Source of the DNA: Syntrophus sp. (in: bacteria)
GTDB taxonomy: Bacteria > Desulfobacterota > Syntrophia > Syntrophales > UBA5619
Direction: 5' to 3'
Assembly (NCBI GenBank): GCA_013824905.1
Contig: PNOO01000001.1
Coordinates: 1 to 29,881, forward strand
DNA: 29,881 nt
Position 1 is the stretch's first letter; each line of letters opens with the position of its first letter. Shown here piece by piece: positions 1 to 8,887 of this stretch. A program made the translations under genes and the position numbers. The notes below the pieces were generated by a model. The model was not told the origin of the DNA. It made no database searches and saw only the letters and a list, made by a program, of their open reading frames with translations.

Positions 1-507
1 AACGACGGGAACATCAACGAGGTCCTGCGCTCATTGCGGGTGCACGGCCAGGGGAGCGACAAATACGATAACGTCCGGATCGGGATCAACGGCCGGCTGG
101 ACACCTTCCAGGCCGCGATCCTCCTTGCCAAGTTCGAGATCTTCCCCGAGGAGATCGGACTCCGCCAGGGGGTCGCCGACGATTATAACGAACTCCTCGC
201 CGATGTCGTTGCAACGCCGCAGGTTCCCGAAGGCTATAAAAGCGCCTGGGCGCAATACTCGATCCTCGCCCGCGGCGTCGCGGAGCGTGCCGCGTTTATG
301 GCAAAGCTGAAAGGGGCCGGGATCCCCACTGCGATCTACTACCCGAAGCCCCTCCATCTTCAAACGGCCTTTGCCTCGTCGGGCTACCGGGAGGGCGATT
401 TCCCGATCAGCGAGGATTGTGCCCAGCGGATCTTCAGCCTCCCCATGCACCCTTACCTCGCCGCCGAAGGCCGGCGACGGATCGCCGATGTCCTGAGGGG
501 AAAATGA
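1..507 (+). CDS. DegT/DnrJ/EryC1/StrS-family PLP sugar aminotransferase, C-terminal part (5' end outside window)
   Basis: Frame open from base 1. RVHGQG..NGRLDTFQAAIL, WAQYSI, YYPKPLHLQ and FSLPMHPYL are typical C-terminal motifs of this family. Confidence 0.92.
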   Translation, partial: NDGNINEVLRSLRVHGQGSDKYDNVRIGINGRLDTFQAAILLAKFEIFPEEIGLRQGVADDYNELLADVVATPQVPEGYKSAWAQYSILARGVAERAAFMAKLKGAGIPTAIYYPKPLHLQTAFASSGYREGDFPISEDCAQRIFSLPMHPYLAAEGRRRIADVLRGK

Positions 508-541
508 TGATCCCCGGTTCTCTTCCCGGCCCATCAAAAGA

Positions 542-574
542 CAAGGCAGGCATTCATTAAGGATGCCTGCCTTG
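542..574. terminator. Perfect 12-bp hairpin between convergent genes, probable terminator
   Basis: caaggcaggcat (542-553) and atgcctgccttg (563-574) are exact reverse complements with a 9-nt loop. No strong adjacent U-tract. Confidence 0.6.
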
Positions 575-616
575 ACGGCCAGCCGAGGGTTTTTCTTTAA
601 ATGGCCCCTCCGATAG

Positions 617-2137
617 TTACTTCCTGCTGATCGTTCCTTCCCAGGTGCTGATCGTGGTCTCCTTTTTGTCTTCTTCACTGAACCACCGACTGGTGACGCA
701 TTTCGATTCCGTATAGAAAGCGACGCCGTCCCGGCCCATCACATGGAGATCTCCGAAGAAGGAGTCCTTGTGGCCCGCGAAGGGGAAATAGGAGACGGGC
801 ACGGGAATGCCCACGTTCACGCCCACCATGCCGCCATGGGTCCGGTGTACGAACTCCCGGGCATAATAGCCGTTCTGAGTGAAGATGCAGGAGCCGTTGG
901 CAAACCGGCTCGCGTTCATGATGGCCAGACCCTCTTCAAAATCCTTTACCCGCTTGATGGCAGTCACCGGACCGAAGATCTCGCAGTCCCCGACGGTCAT
1001 CCCGGGTTTCACATGATCAAAGATGGTGGCCCCCACAAAGTGACCGTTCTCAAAGCCGGGGACGACAAGGTTCCGGCCGTCCAGGATCAACTCGGCCCCC
1101 TCCTCGACACCCTTGTTGATCCAGTCGATGACGGACGCCTTGTGTTCCGCCGAGACGACGGGCCCCAACTCCGTATCTGGATGGTAGGCGCATCCCACCT
1201 TCCGCGCTTTGGCAAACTTGACCAGGTGGGAGATGAACTCGTCGGCGCAGGCCTCCTCGACGCAGAGCGCCGGCAGGGCCATGCAGCGCATTCCCGCGCA
1301 ACCGAACGTCGAGTTGATGATCCCGAGGGCCGAGCGTTCCAGCGCGGCATCGCGCAGGACCAGACCGTGATTCTTCGCCTCGCAGAGGGCCTGGACCCTT
1401 TTCCCGTGAGCCGCGGCCGTGGAGTAGATGTGGAGACCGACCGAGGTGGACCCCACATAGGAGATCCCCCGGACATCGGGATGCTTCAAGAGCAGTTCCA
1501 CCTCGTTGCGGCTGCAGGTGACGAGGTTTACGACCCCTTTGGGCATGCCCGCCTCGATGAGGAGTTCCAGGACCCGCATGGACGTCTGGGGCGTGAGGCT
1601 TGCCGCTTTCAGGACAAAGGTATTGCCGAGCGTGATGCATAGCGGAATCATCCAGCCGAAAGGGATCATCGCCGGAAAATTAAAGGGGACAATCCCGGCG
1701 AAGACACCGATGGGCTCGCGGTACATGACCGTATCGTGGCCTGTGGATACATTCATCAGTGCATCCCCCTGCATCAGGATCGGCGCCCCGCAGGCCATCT
1801 CCACCACCTCCATGACCTTGATGATGTCCCCTCGGGCCTCTTCGATGTTTTTTCCCAGTTCCATCGAAACCGATAAAGTCAGTTCTTCCAAGTGAGCTTC
1901 GAGCAGCGTTCTGAAACGAAACATGACTTCCGTCCGTTGTTGTATGGGTTTGGAAGACCAACCCGGAAAGGCGTCCCTAGCTGCGGCTACGGCGCTATTG
2001 ACCTCCTCCACCGTACAGCAGGGGGCCTCCGCCATCACCTCCCCCGTACTGGAGTTCGTCACCGGCATATACTTTGTTGTCTTCGACTCTTTCCACTCGT
2101 TGTTCACACAATATCGCAATCGCTTTGCACCACCCAT
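617..2137 (-). CDS. mmsA: CoA-acylating (methyl)malonate-semialdehyde dehydrogenase, 506 aa
   Basis: ALDH motifs PFNFPAMIP, YVGST, EAKNH, GMRCMAL, EIFGPV, GMVGVNVGIPVP and FGDLH..GRDGVAFYT. Start reassigned to ATG 2137 (MGGAKRL), which follows AAGGAGAGAGGA. Confidence 0.9.
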   Translation of the reverse strand: MGGAKRLRYCVNNEWKESKTTKYMPVTNSSTGEVMAEAPCCTVEEVNSAVAAARDAFPGWSSKPIQQRTEVMFRFRTLLEAHLEELTLSVSMELGKNIEEARGDIIKVMEVVEMACGAPILMQGDALMNVSTGHDTVMYREPIGVFAGIVPFNFPAMIPFGWMIPLCITLGNTFVLKAASLTPQTSMRVLELLIEAGMPKGVVNLVTCSRNEVELLLKHPDVRGISYVGSTSVGLHIYSTAAAHGKRVQALCEAKNHGLVLRDAALERSALGIINSTFGCAGMRCMALPALCVEEACADEFISHLVKFAKARKVGCAYHPDTELGPVVSAEHKASVIDWINKGVEEGAELILDGRNLVVPGFENGHFVGATIFDHVKPGMTVGDCEIFGPVTAIKRVKDFEEGLAIMNASRFANGSCIFTQNGYYAREFVHRTHGGMVGVNVGIPVPVSYFPFAGHKDSFFGDLHVMGRDGVAFYTESKCVTSRWFSEEDKKETTISTWEGTISRK

Positions 2138-2207
2138 TTCCTCTCTCCTTTCAACCGGCCCGGCAACTATTTTCACTGATAACCGGAACCTATTTATTTC
2201 ATTGAGA

Positions 2208-3506
2208 TTAAAAAAGATGCTCTCCTTTTTCAACGAAGCGCCGGAATCCCTCCCTGTCTCCAGCCGCAGCCGCAATCCGCACAAGCCCCTTCTTGAGCTC
2301 CTCGGTGCCGGTGGCAATGGAGAGACGCAGATAATGAAACGGCTCGGCGCCGATCCGGCCAAATGATTTTCGGTCCATTGTCGCCACCCCGTGGACAAAC
2401 AGGAGAAACATCTGCAGGAGCGTCGATGGACTGGTCTTATCACGGATATTCGCGGGAAGGCCGGCAAAGGCATCCATGGCGCCCAGGCTGCGACAGACCC
2501 CCTCCACATTGGGGAAGACATAGAAAGTCGCTTTCGGCTTCAGGCAGCGGATCCCCGGAATGGCATTGAGCCCGGCCACAACCAGGTCACGGCGCATCTG
2601 AAACGTATCCACCATCTTTTTGATCACCCCGGGACCTTCCGGAGATTCCATCCCCAGACGCACCCCTTCCTGGTTGTACGCGGCGGTGCAGGAGAAGTAA
2701 TTGATGTTGAGGTTCTTGAAGACATCCGCCTCCTCCCGTGTGGGAAACAAGGCCCAGCCGATCCGGCCGCCCGTCCAGGCAAAGCTCTTGGAGGCGCCGC
2801 TAACCACGATCGTATTCCTCTCCATACCCGGGCAGGAGAGGATACTGTGATGGCGGCACTCATCAAAGAGGATATGCTCATAGATCTCGTCGGAAAAGAT
2901 GCGGACATCGTCGCCGCATCGGGCGCGGATCACCCGGCCGATCTCCTGGAGCTGCGCCGGAGAGGCGACCCCTCCCGTGGGATTGGAAGGGAAGTTGAGG
3001 AAGATCAGTTTGGTTCTCTCCGAAAGGATAGGCTCCAGTTCAGCGCCGGATAGGGAAAATGCGTTCTCCTCTTTCAGATAGACGGGGACCGGCGTAGCGC
3101 CCACATAGGGGATGAAGGATTCATAGATGGGAAAACCGGGGCTGGGATAGACCACCTCGTCCCCAGGGCCACAGTAGGTCTGCTGGCACAGGCCGATGGG
3201 GGGCTTGCCCCCCGGAAAAACGACGACACGCTCCGCCTCCGCCCGAACCCCGCGTGTTTCCTCGATCTGTCTCGCGATAGCCGCCCGGAGGGAAGGGATC
3301 CCCTGGGGATCGCAGTAATGGGTGTTGTCCAGATCGATCTGGCGTTTGACCTCCTCCTTGATGAAAGCGGGGACCGGAAAATCGGGCTCACCCAGATTGC
3401 ACTTGATGATCTCGCGCCCCTCGGCTTCCAGAGAACGGATATAGGGTCCTACCTTGAATGCATTCTCGCTGTCGATACGCCCGGCCCTGTCCGCATACAA
3501 CCCCAT
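2208..3506 (-). CDS. PLP-dependent aminotransferase class I/II (aspartate aminotransferase-like), 432 aa
   Basis: NLGEPDF, NFPSNPTGG, SDEIYE and the PLP-lysine motif SKSFAWTGGRIG. Start reassigned to ATG 3506, preceded by GGGAGG. Confidence 0.9.
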   Translation of the reverse strand: MGLYADRAGRIDSENAFKVGPYIRSLEAEGREIIKCNLGEPDFPVPAFIKEEVKRQIDLDNTHYCDPQGIPSLRAAIARQIEETRGVRAEAERVVVFPGGKPPIGLCQQTYCGPGDEVVYPSPGFPIYESFIPYVGATPVPVYLKEENAFSLSGAELEPILSERTKLIFLNFPSNPTGGVASPAQLQEIGRVIRARCGDDVRIFSDEIYEHILFDECRHHSILSCPGMERNTIVVSGASKSFAWTGGRIGWALFPTREEADVFKNLNINYFSCTAAYNQEGVRLGMESPEGPGVIKKMVDTFQMRRDLVVAGLNAIPGIRCLKPKATFYVFPNVEGVCRSLGAMDAFAGLPANIRDKTSPSTLLQMFLLFVHGVATMDRKSFGRIGAEPFHYLRLSIATGTEELKKGLVRIAAAAGDREGFRRFVEKGEHLF

Positions 3507-3796
3507 TGTTGCCTCCCGATCCTTACTCTTTACCCCGTGATAGGTAGCGCCGCCCTCCGACCCGACAACGACCAACCCGTCGCCGGTTCGGAAAAAGTCG
3601 TATAATATATTTTTATAGCATGGATCGGAAACAGTTTCACGGCAGATTTTCCTGATAGTCGGATCAATCTCGAAAAATGATTGCATTTCCGCATTTTACA
3701 CGCTAAAATTGACCTGTTTTTCAGTAGATTTCATATCCTGCCAGCGCTTTGGCTTTATTTTTTAGTGCGCTCACGAATTCAAAGGAGGGAAATGGC

Positions 3797-6490
3797 ATGG
3801 GTAATCTGCAGAAACTCTTTAATCCGGAAACAATCGCCGTTATCGGCGCCACGGAGAAGGAAGGGACGTTCGGACGGGCCGTCCTGGAAAACGTACTGAC
3901 TTCGGGCGACCGAAAGGTCTATCCCGTCAACCCGAACCGGGAGACGGTCCTGGGAAACCCCTGCTGGTCCGAGATAGGCGCCGTGCCCGGACCGGTCGAT
4001 TTGGCCATCATCGCAACCCCCGCCGCTACTGTTCCCGGGGTGGTCGACGCCTGCGGCCGTGCCGGCGTGGGAGGGCTCATCATCATTGCCGCCGGTTTCC
4101 GTGAAGCGGGTGCGGAGGGAAAGCGCCTGGAGGAGGAGATCCTCAGGATCAACGCCGCCTACGGCATGGGGATCGTCGGCCCCAATTGCCTGGGAATCAT
4201 GAGACCTCCCCTTAACCTCAACGCCACCTTCCTCCGCGATAATCCGGACGCAGGAAACATCGCCTTTATTTCCGACGCGGGCAGTTTCGGCCGGACCCTG
4301 CTCGACTGGGGCATCAGCTCCCACATCGGTTTCAGCATGGTGGTGTCCCTGGGTTCGGCCATCGATGTGAATTTCGGGGATGTCATTGAATTTCTCGCCG
4401 ACGACCCACACACGAAAAGCATCATCCTTTACATGGAGGAGGTCGTCGGAAATGTGAAGCGTTTCGTCAGCGCCGTCCGCGGATTCGCCCGCTACAAGCC
4501 TGTCATCCTGCTCAAGCCCCCGATACTGATACTGGAGGATGAAGATTACGTCAGGCTGACCCACTCGGGCGCAATGGCCCGCCCGGAAAGGGTCTACGAT
4601 GCCCTCTTCCGCCGCCTGGGCGTTGTCCGGGTCCGCGAGGCCCAGGACCTCTTCAACGCTGCCGGCGTCCTTTTTTCCCGCAATCGCCCCAAGGGCCCCC
4701 GTCTGGCTATCATATCAAACGCCAATGGGATCGGAATCATCGCCGCCAAACAGTTGCTGACCTCCGGCGGCCTGCTGGCGGAGCTCTCCAAAGAGACGAC
4801 CATCCGGGCCATGGACGCCTTTATCCCCCCTTGCTGGAACCGGAGAAATCCCGTCCATATCCTCCGCAATGCCGATACCCCCCGGTATGCGGAGGCCGCG
4901 GAGATCTGTCTGAAGGATCCCGGAGTGGACGGGCTTTTGGTGATCTATACCCCCCAGGACTTCGCCCAACCCGAGGAACTGGCGGAGGCTCTTATCGCAG
5001 CGGCGGCCAAGACGGACAAGCCCCTGCTGACGGCATGGATGGGGGGGCGGGAAATGCTGCGGGGGCGCGAACTGATGGCGGAGAAAGGCATCCCCGCCTA
5101 TGAAACGGCGGAGGCTGCCGTCCGCGCCTACCTCTATATGATCCAATACGAGCGAAACCTTCAGCTCCTCCAGGAAACCCCTGCTGAACTCCCCCTGGAC
5201 GAGGCGCCTCCGAAGAACCACCTCAAGGCCCTCATCCGGCGCTCCTGTCGTGAGACCTGCTTTATCCTCACGGAGGAGGACTCCCGAAAATTTCTCCACA
5301 ACTATGGCATCCCCGTCATCCCTTCCCGGATGGCAACCACACTGGAGGAAGCGATGGCCGCCGCCCGGGAAATAGGGTACCCCGTGGTCCTCAAAGTGGC
5401 TTCCCCCGACATCATCTTCCGCCAGGATGTAGGAGGAGTCGTCACGGCCATCGATTGCGAAAAAACGCTGATAACCGCCCATCACCGGATCCTTGACGGG
5501 GTCCGCCAGTTCACCCCGAAGTCGACCGTACGGGGCGTGACCGTTCAGAAGATGGTCGAGCACATCGATTACGAGCTCATCTTAGGGGCTAAGAAGGACC
5601 GACACTTCGGCGCCGTCATCCTCTTCGGCATGGGGGGGATAGGCGTGGAGCTGTTCAGAGACTTCTCCGTCGGATTGCCGCCCCTGAACCAAACACTGGC
5701 CCGGCGGCTCATGGAGGAGACGCGTGTCTATCGTATGCTCCAGGGCTTCCGAGGGAAAACTCCCGCCGACATCCGGCAACTGGAGAAGATCCTGGTGGGC
5801 TTCTCCAGAATGATCGTCGATTTCCCCGAGATCCGGGAGATGGACATCAACCCTCTGGCCGTCTGCCAGGGCAAGGCCGTCGCCCTGGACGCCCGGATCC
5901 TCCTGGATCATGGTGTATACCAAGAGAAAGCATCAGCCTCGGCCTATCCCCACCTGGTCATTACCCCCTATCCGACACGGTATGTCACGCCCTGGCGTCT
6001 GATCGACGGAACCGAGGTCATCCTCCGCCCCATCCGGCCCGAAGACGAACCTCTGGAGCATGAGATGCTCTCGACCGTCTCGGCGGAGACCCTCCGTTCC
6101 CGGTTCTACCAGAACCTCAAGCACATCAGCCATGCCATGCACGTGAGGTCCTGCCACATCGACTACGATCGGGAGATGGCCATTGTGGCCGAAATACGCA
6201 CGGATCAGAAAAAACGCCTCATCGGCATCGGAAGTCTCGCCATCGACACGAACGGCGGCGGCACAGGGGAATTTGCCGTTATCGTTCACGACGACTTCGG
6301 AGGACGGGGCTTGGCGTCCAAGCTCCTGGATGTCCTCATCGGGATCGCCGCCGAGAGAGGCCTCAAGGAATTCTATGGATTTGTGGAGCCGACAAACGGC
6401 CGGATGACCGCCCTCTGTGAAAAGCTGGGCATGACCCGCCGGCGCGTCTCCGAAGATTTGGTACGGGTCAGTCTGACCCTGGAAGGTTAG
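3797..6490 (+). CDS. Acetate-CoA ligase (ADP-forming) family / GNAT acetyltransferase fusion (Pat-like), 897 aa
   Basis: CoA-binding N-terminus (IAVIGAT, YPVNP, VGPNCLG), ATP-grasp region (GYPVVLKVASPDI, EMDINPL) and C-terminal GNAT (LRPIRPED..GRGLASKLL). ATG 3797 follows AAAGGAGG. Confidence 0.9.
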   Translation: MGNLQKLFNPETIAVIGATEKEGTFGRAVLENVLTSGDRKVYPVNPNRETVLGNPCWSEIGAVPGPVDLAIIATPAATVPGVVDACGRAGVGGLIIIAAGFREAGAEGKRLEEEILRINAAYGMGIVGPNCLGIMRPPLNLNATFLRDNPDAGNIAFISDAGSFGRTLLDWGISSHIGFSMVVSLGSAIDVNFGDVIEFLADDPHTKSIILYMEEVVGNVKRFVSAVRGFARYKPVILLKPPILILEDEDYVRLTHSGAMARPERVYDALFRRLGVVRVREAQDLFNAAGVLFSRNRPKGPRLAIISNANGIGIIAAKQLLTSGGLLAELSKETTIRAMDAFIPPCWNRRNPVHILRNADTPRYAEAAEICLKDPGVDGLLVIYTPQDFAQPEELAEALIAAAAKTDKPLLTAWMGGREMLRGRELMAEKGIPAYETAEAAVRAYLYMIQYERNLQLLQETPAELPLDEAPPKNHLKALIRRSCRETCFILTEEDSRKFLHNYGIPVIPSRMATTLEEAMAAAREIGYPVVLKVASPDIIFRQDVGGVVTAIDCEKTLITAHHRILDGVRQFTPKSTVRGVTVQKMVEHIDYELILGAKKDRHFGAVILFGMGGIGVELFRDFSVGLPPLNQTLARRLMEETRVYRMLQGFRGKTPADIRQLEKILVGFSRMIVDFPEIREMDINPLAVCQGKAVALDARILLDHGVYQEKASASAYPHLVITPYPTRYVTPWRLIDGTEVILRPIRPEDEPLEHEMLSTVSAETLRSRFYQNLKHISHAMHVRSCHIDYDREMAIVAEIRTDQKKRLIGIGSLAIDTNGGGTGEFAVIVHDDFGGRGLASKLLDVLIGIAAERGLKEFYGFVEPTNGRMTALCEKLGMTRRRVSEDLVRVSLTLEG

Positions 6491-6495
6491 AAAAA

Positions 6496-6508
6496 TGGCG
6501 GGAGAGGG
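6496..6508 (+). repeat. Distal att site (displaced tRNA 3'-end fragment)
   Basis: tggcgg-gagaggg (6496-6508) matches tggcggAgagaggg (23532-23545, tRNA 3' end on the minus strand) with a 1-nt deletion. It sits 5 bp after the host gene stop. Confidence 0.8.
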
Positions 6509-6571
6509 TCTATCAAATAGAGATACTATCTATTTGAATACACTTATAAAACAGAATAAGAAGTTTCATAG

Positions 6572-6592
6572 ATACCCCCATAAATACCCCCA
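6572..6592. repeat. Probable integrase arm-type sites (2x ATACCCCCA)
   Basis: Direct repeat at 6572-6580 and 6584-6592. The same TGGGGGTA(T) motif recurs at the other island end. Confidence 0.65.
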
Positions 6593-6646
6593 AATATAGG
6601 GAGCTGGAGGGGCTTGGATGAACAAATCCGCCTTGCAACGCAAATT

Positions 6647-7786
6647 TTAACTCCCACTTTCAGACCTTCTTATGGCTTCTTTTTTGACATCCTTACCAGA
6701 AGAATAAAATTTCTTGTAAACCGCTTCGGCGATTTCATCGGCCTCCGTTGAAACTGACCTTTGAGTCATCGCCAGATTGCGGATGATTTCCCCCTGTCGC
6801 TGGCATGCAACCTCTCCATAGCTCAGAAAAGTCGTCAAAACTTTCTCATGTCCAAGGTTCTGGCTCCACGCCTTGAACTGTTCCGGCGTTTTGCAGACCT
6901 CTTCACCGAGTTGGGCAAGGGTATTTCTGAAGCTATGAGGATTGAAATACGGCAGCCCGGCGCTGATAAAGGCTTCGCGAAAGATAAATCGAATGGGCGA
7001 TGCGGTACTCCAGTGCTCCCGTGCCAGGCCTACCGCTGCAAATTGTCGATCAGGGCCTGGCACAACCCGCGTCGCCGGGAACAACGGATCGTCATTGCTC
7101 CACAGCTTCTCATCACGGAGATACAACGCCCACTCTGATATAATTGTACGAATTTCCTCGCCCACTGGAAAGAAGTATGTATTGAAGGTCTTGCTGAATT
7201 TCGTCTTTACCTCGCGGGCATCCTGGTTGACACATCCAGCTATAAGATCGACATGCTTCAGCTTCAGCGAGGCAATGGCGCTGTCCCTCGCTCCGGTTAA
7301 CAGCGTAAATGCCACTAAGGCGCGATTCCGGAGCTCTATCTCGGTTTTCGTTGGCATTGTATTGATGACGTGCTTGATCTGTTCCATTGTTGGGAACCTT
7401 TGCTGTCGTTTTGCAGTGGCAATGCGGGTATCTTTATCAGACAAATTGAAATACTCGGAATCGGCATATTGAACACGCGATTTGTAGCCAGGTTGCAACG
7501 CCAGCCACTGAAAGAACCGTTTGAGTTGGGTAAGGGTCGCATGCAGAGTCGCCTTACTCAGATTCTCCCCAGACTGCTGCCCCTTCTGCTCGGCAAGGTG
7601 CTTCTTGAAGGCGACGGCCTGCTCAAAGTGAAATGCCTTGAAATCTCGATAATTAGTGTATGACTCGAAGCGGCTCAGAGCTTTAGCGGTCGCGTCAACC
7701 GTTGGCTCGCTGTGACGCTTGGCTTCCTTTAGAAAAACGAAGTACTTTCGCTTGATCCGTTCATTGGCTGGATTGTGCTTTTTCAT
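6647..7786 (-). CDS. Tyrosine recombinase (second, non-P4 type), 379 aa
   Basis: Complete catalytic set: TGARDSA (R), HSFR, NLGH and TFLSYG (Y). ATG 7786 follows AGGGGA. Confidence 0.88.
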   Translation of the reverse strand: MKKHNPANERIKRKYFVFLKEAKRHSEPTVDATAKALSRFESYTNYRDFKAFHFEQAVAFKKHLAEQKGQQSGENLSKATLHATLTQLKRFFQWLALQPGYKSRVQYADSEYFNLSDKDTRIATAKRQQRFPTMEQIKHVINTMPTKTEIELRNRALVAFTLLTGARDSAIASLKLKHVDLIAGCVNQDAREVKTKFSKTFNTYFFPVGEEIRTIISEWALYLRDEKLWSNDDPLFPATRVVPGPDRQFAAVGLAREHWSTASPIRFIFREAFISAGLPYFNPHSFRNTLAQLGEEVCKTPEQFKAWSQNLGHEKVLTTFLSYGEVACQRQGEIIRNLAMTQRSVSTEADEIAEAVYKKFYSSGKDVKKEAIRRSESGS

Positions 7787-7802
7787 GGTCTTATATCCCC
7801 TA

Positions 7803-8270
7803 TCATAAGTCACTATTTACGGAAGGTCTGGCACTCTCAATTAGATGTTGAAGTGCTTCCGGGAAGCTGATGTCCATTTTCCCGCGAAACTCCTCGATCT
7901 GGGTCATGCTGACGTGCCGGTTCATCAAGGAATTGCAGTCCGGGCAAATGGCAATGAGGTTGCCGAACTTCTCAGTGATGGGTGAATATTCCGCCATGTC
8001 ACCGGCGGGCGATCTCGGGGCGCGGCAGCGCACGCAATAGAGTTCCCCCAGCTTGCAGGTCTGCTTGTTTTTTACACGGCGAGCCTGAAGAAATGCCACC
8101 AGAACATGACCAAGAATCAATAGAGGGCGTTTGTCGTCGATGGTAGCAAGCCCTTCCTTAACCCAGCGGCGCACTGTATTTTTGTGGATACCGAACAGCT
8201 TGGCAATCTCTTCAACCGTGTAGCTGCGGTGAATCTTTACTAGACGGTGGTTTGGGTGACGTCTTTTCAT
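7803..8270 (-). CDS. Excisionase/MerR-like HTH protein with C-terminal CxxC..CxxC zinc ribbon, 155 aa
   Basis: YTVEEIAKLFGIHKNTVRRWVKEGL is an HTH_17-like motif. YCVRC and ICPDC form two Cys pairs. Confidence 0.8.
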   Translation of the reverse strand: MKRRHPNHRLVKIHRSYTVEEIAKLFGIHKNTVRRWVKEGLATIDDKRPLLILGHVLVAFLQARRVKNKQTCKLGELYCVRCRAPRSPAGDMAEYSPITEKFGNLIAICPDCNSLMNRHVSMTQIEEFRGKMDISFPEALQHLIESARPSVNSDL

Positions 8271-8273
8271 AGT

Positions 8274-8387
8274 TTACCTTACCAAAGTATCGCTAACAAT
8301 TTTCTTGTCGGGCGAAACGAAAAGCGATGAGACCGGTGAAACCGATTTCACCACTCTTACTAGCCAAACATTGGCCGTCTTCATCAT
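8274..8387 (-). CDS. Small ORF, 37 aa (MMKTANVWLVRVVKSVSPVSSLFVSPDKKIVSDTLVR), not in the ORF track
   Basis: Its ATG overlaps the AlpA TGA (ATGA), and its TAA ends 3 nt before the next ATG, so it fills the gap exactly. Confidence 0.5.
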   Translation of the reverse strand: MMKTANVWLVRVVKSVSPVSSLFVSPDKKIVSDTLVR

Positions 8388-8638
8388 CTCCCCCATTCCT
8401 TCGCCCCCTTGCGGGCCGCTTCCAGTTTCGTCACCAGGACACGGATTTCGTCATCTGTCTTCCCGGCAATACGTGCCGCGTTGATTGCCTCTACTTCGTC
8501 AGATGGCCACCCGACCGCCCGAGCTCCGAGGGACACTGGCTTTGTCCATAACCCTTGCGAAACCCGTAAATAAATGGTGGAGCGGGAAAGCCCTGATTCA
8601 GATTTGACAGCCGGAATCCTTAGTATGGTACGCTTCAT
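8384..8638 (-). CDS. alpA: AlpA-family regulator / recombination directionality factor, 84 aa
   Basis: ILRIPAVKSESGLSRSTIY..PVSLGARAVGWPSDEV is the AlpA signature. ATG 8638 follows GGAGG. Confidence 0.9.
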   Translation of the reverse strand: MKRTILRIPAVKSESGLSRSTIYLRVSQGLWTKPVSLGARAVGWPSDEVEAINAARIAGKTDDEIRVLVTKLEAARKGAKEWGR

Positions 8639-8851
8639 CTTCAAACCTCCTTGAAAGGTATTGGAAATCTTGAGACGAAGCGTAGATGGGCGATTTGGGC
8701 GATACAATACCCAGGCAAAGCTAAGCTTTTACTCGATATTTCTATATAATTCAGCTAGTTGTATGTTTCATAGGAGTTGCACCATAATAGGCGAAATTGA
8801 TATTTTACTGCGGAAAGTGGCAAGAAAACGTAGGTTTACCGGAAGGTGGAA

Positions 8852-8887
8852 TTGGGCGAAAAATTTCCGCCCAACTTTTTTTATTTT
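8852..8887 (+). promoter_or_regulatory. Inverted repeat TTGGGCG-N9-CGCCCAA followed by a T-tract (terminator or operator)
   Basis: Arms at 8852-8858 and 8868-8874, followed by cttttttta-ttttt on the + strand. Confidence 0.5.

Noticed and set aside
2138-2521. 128-aa N-terminal extension of MmsA in the ORF track
   Set aside because: It overlaps the aminotransferase gene, and there is a good RBS at ATG 2137. The extensions on the aminotransferase, Pat, AlpA and Mrr ORFs were likewise trimmed.
6647-7786. Integron integrase with a cassette array
   Set aside because: The IntI-specific insertion was not recognised and I saw no repeated attC-like hairpins between the genes.
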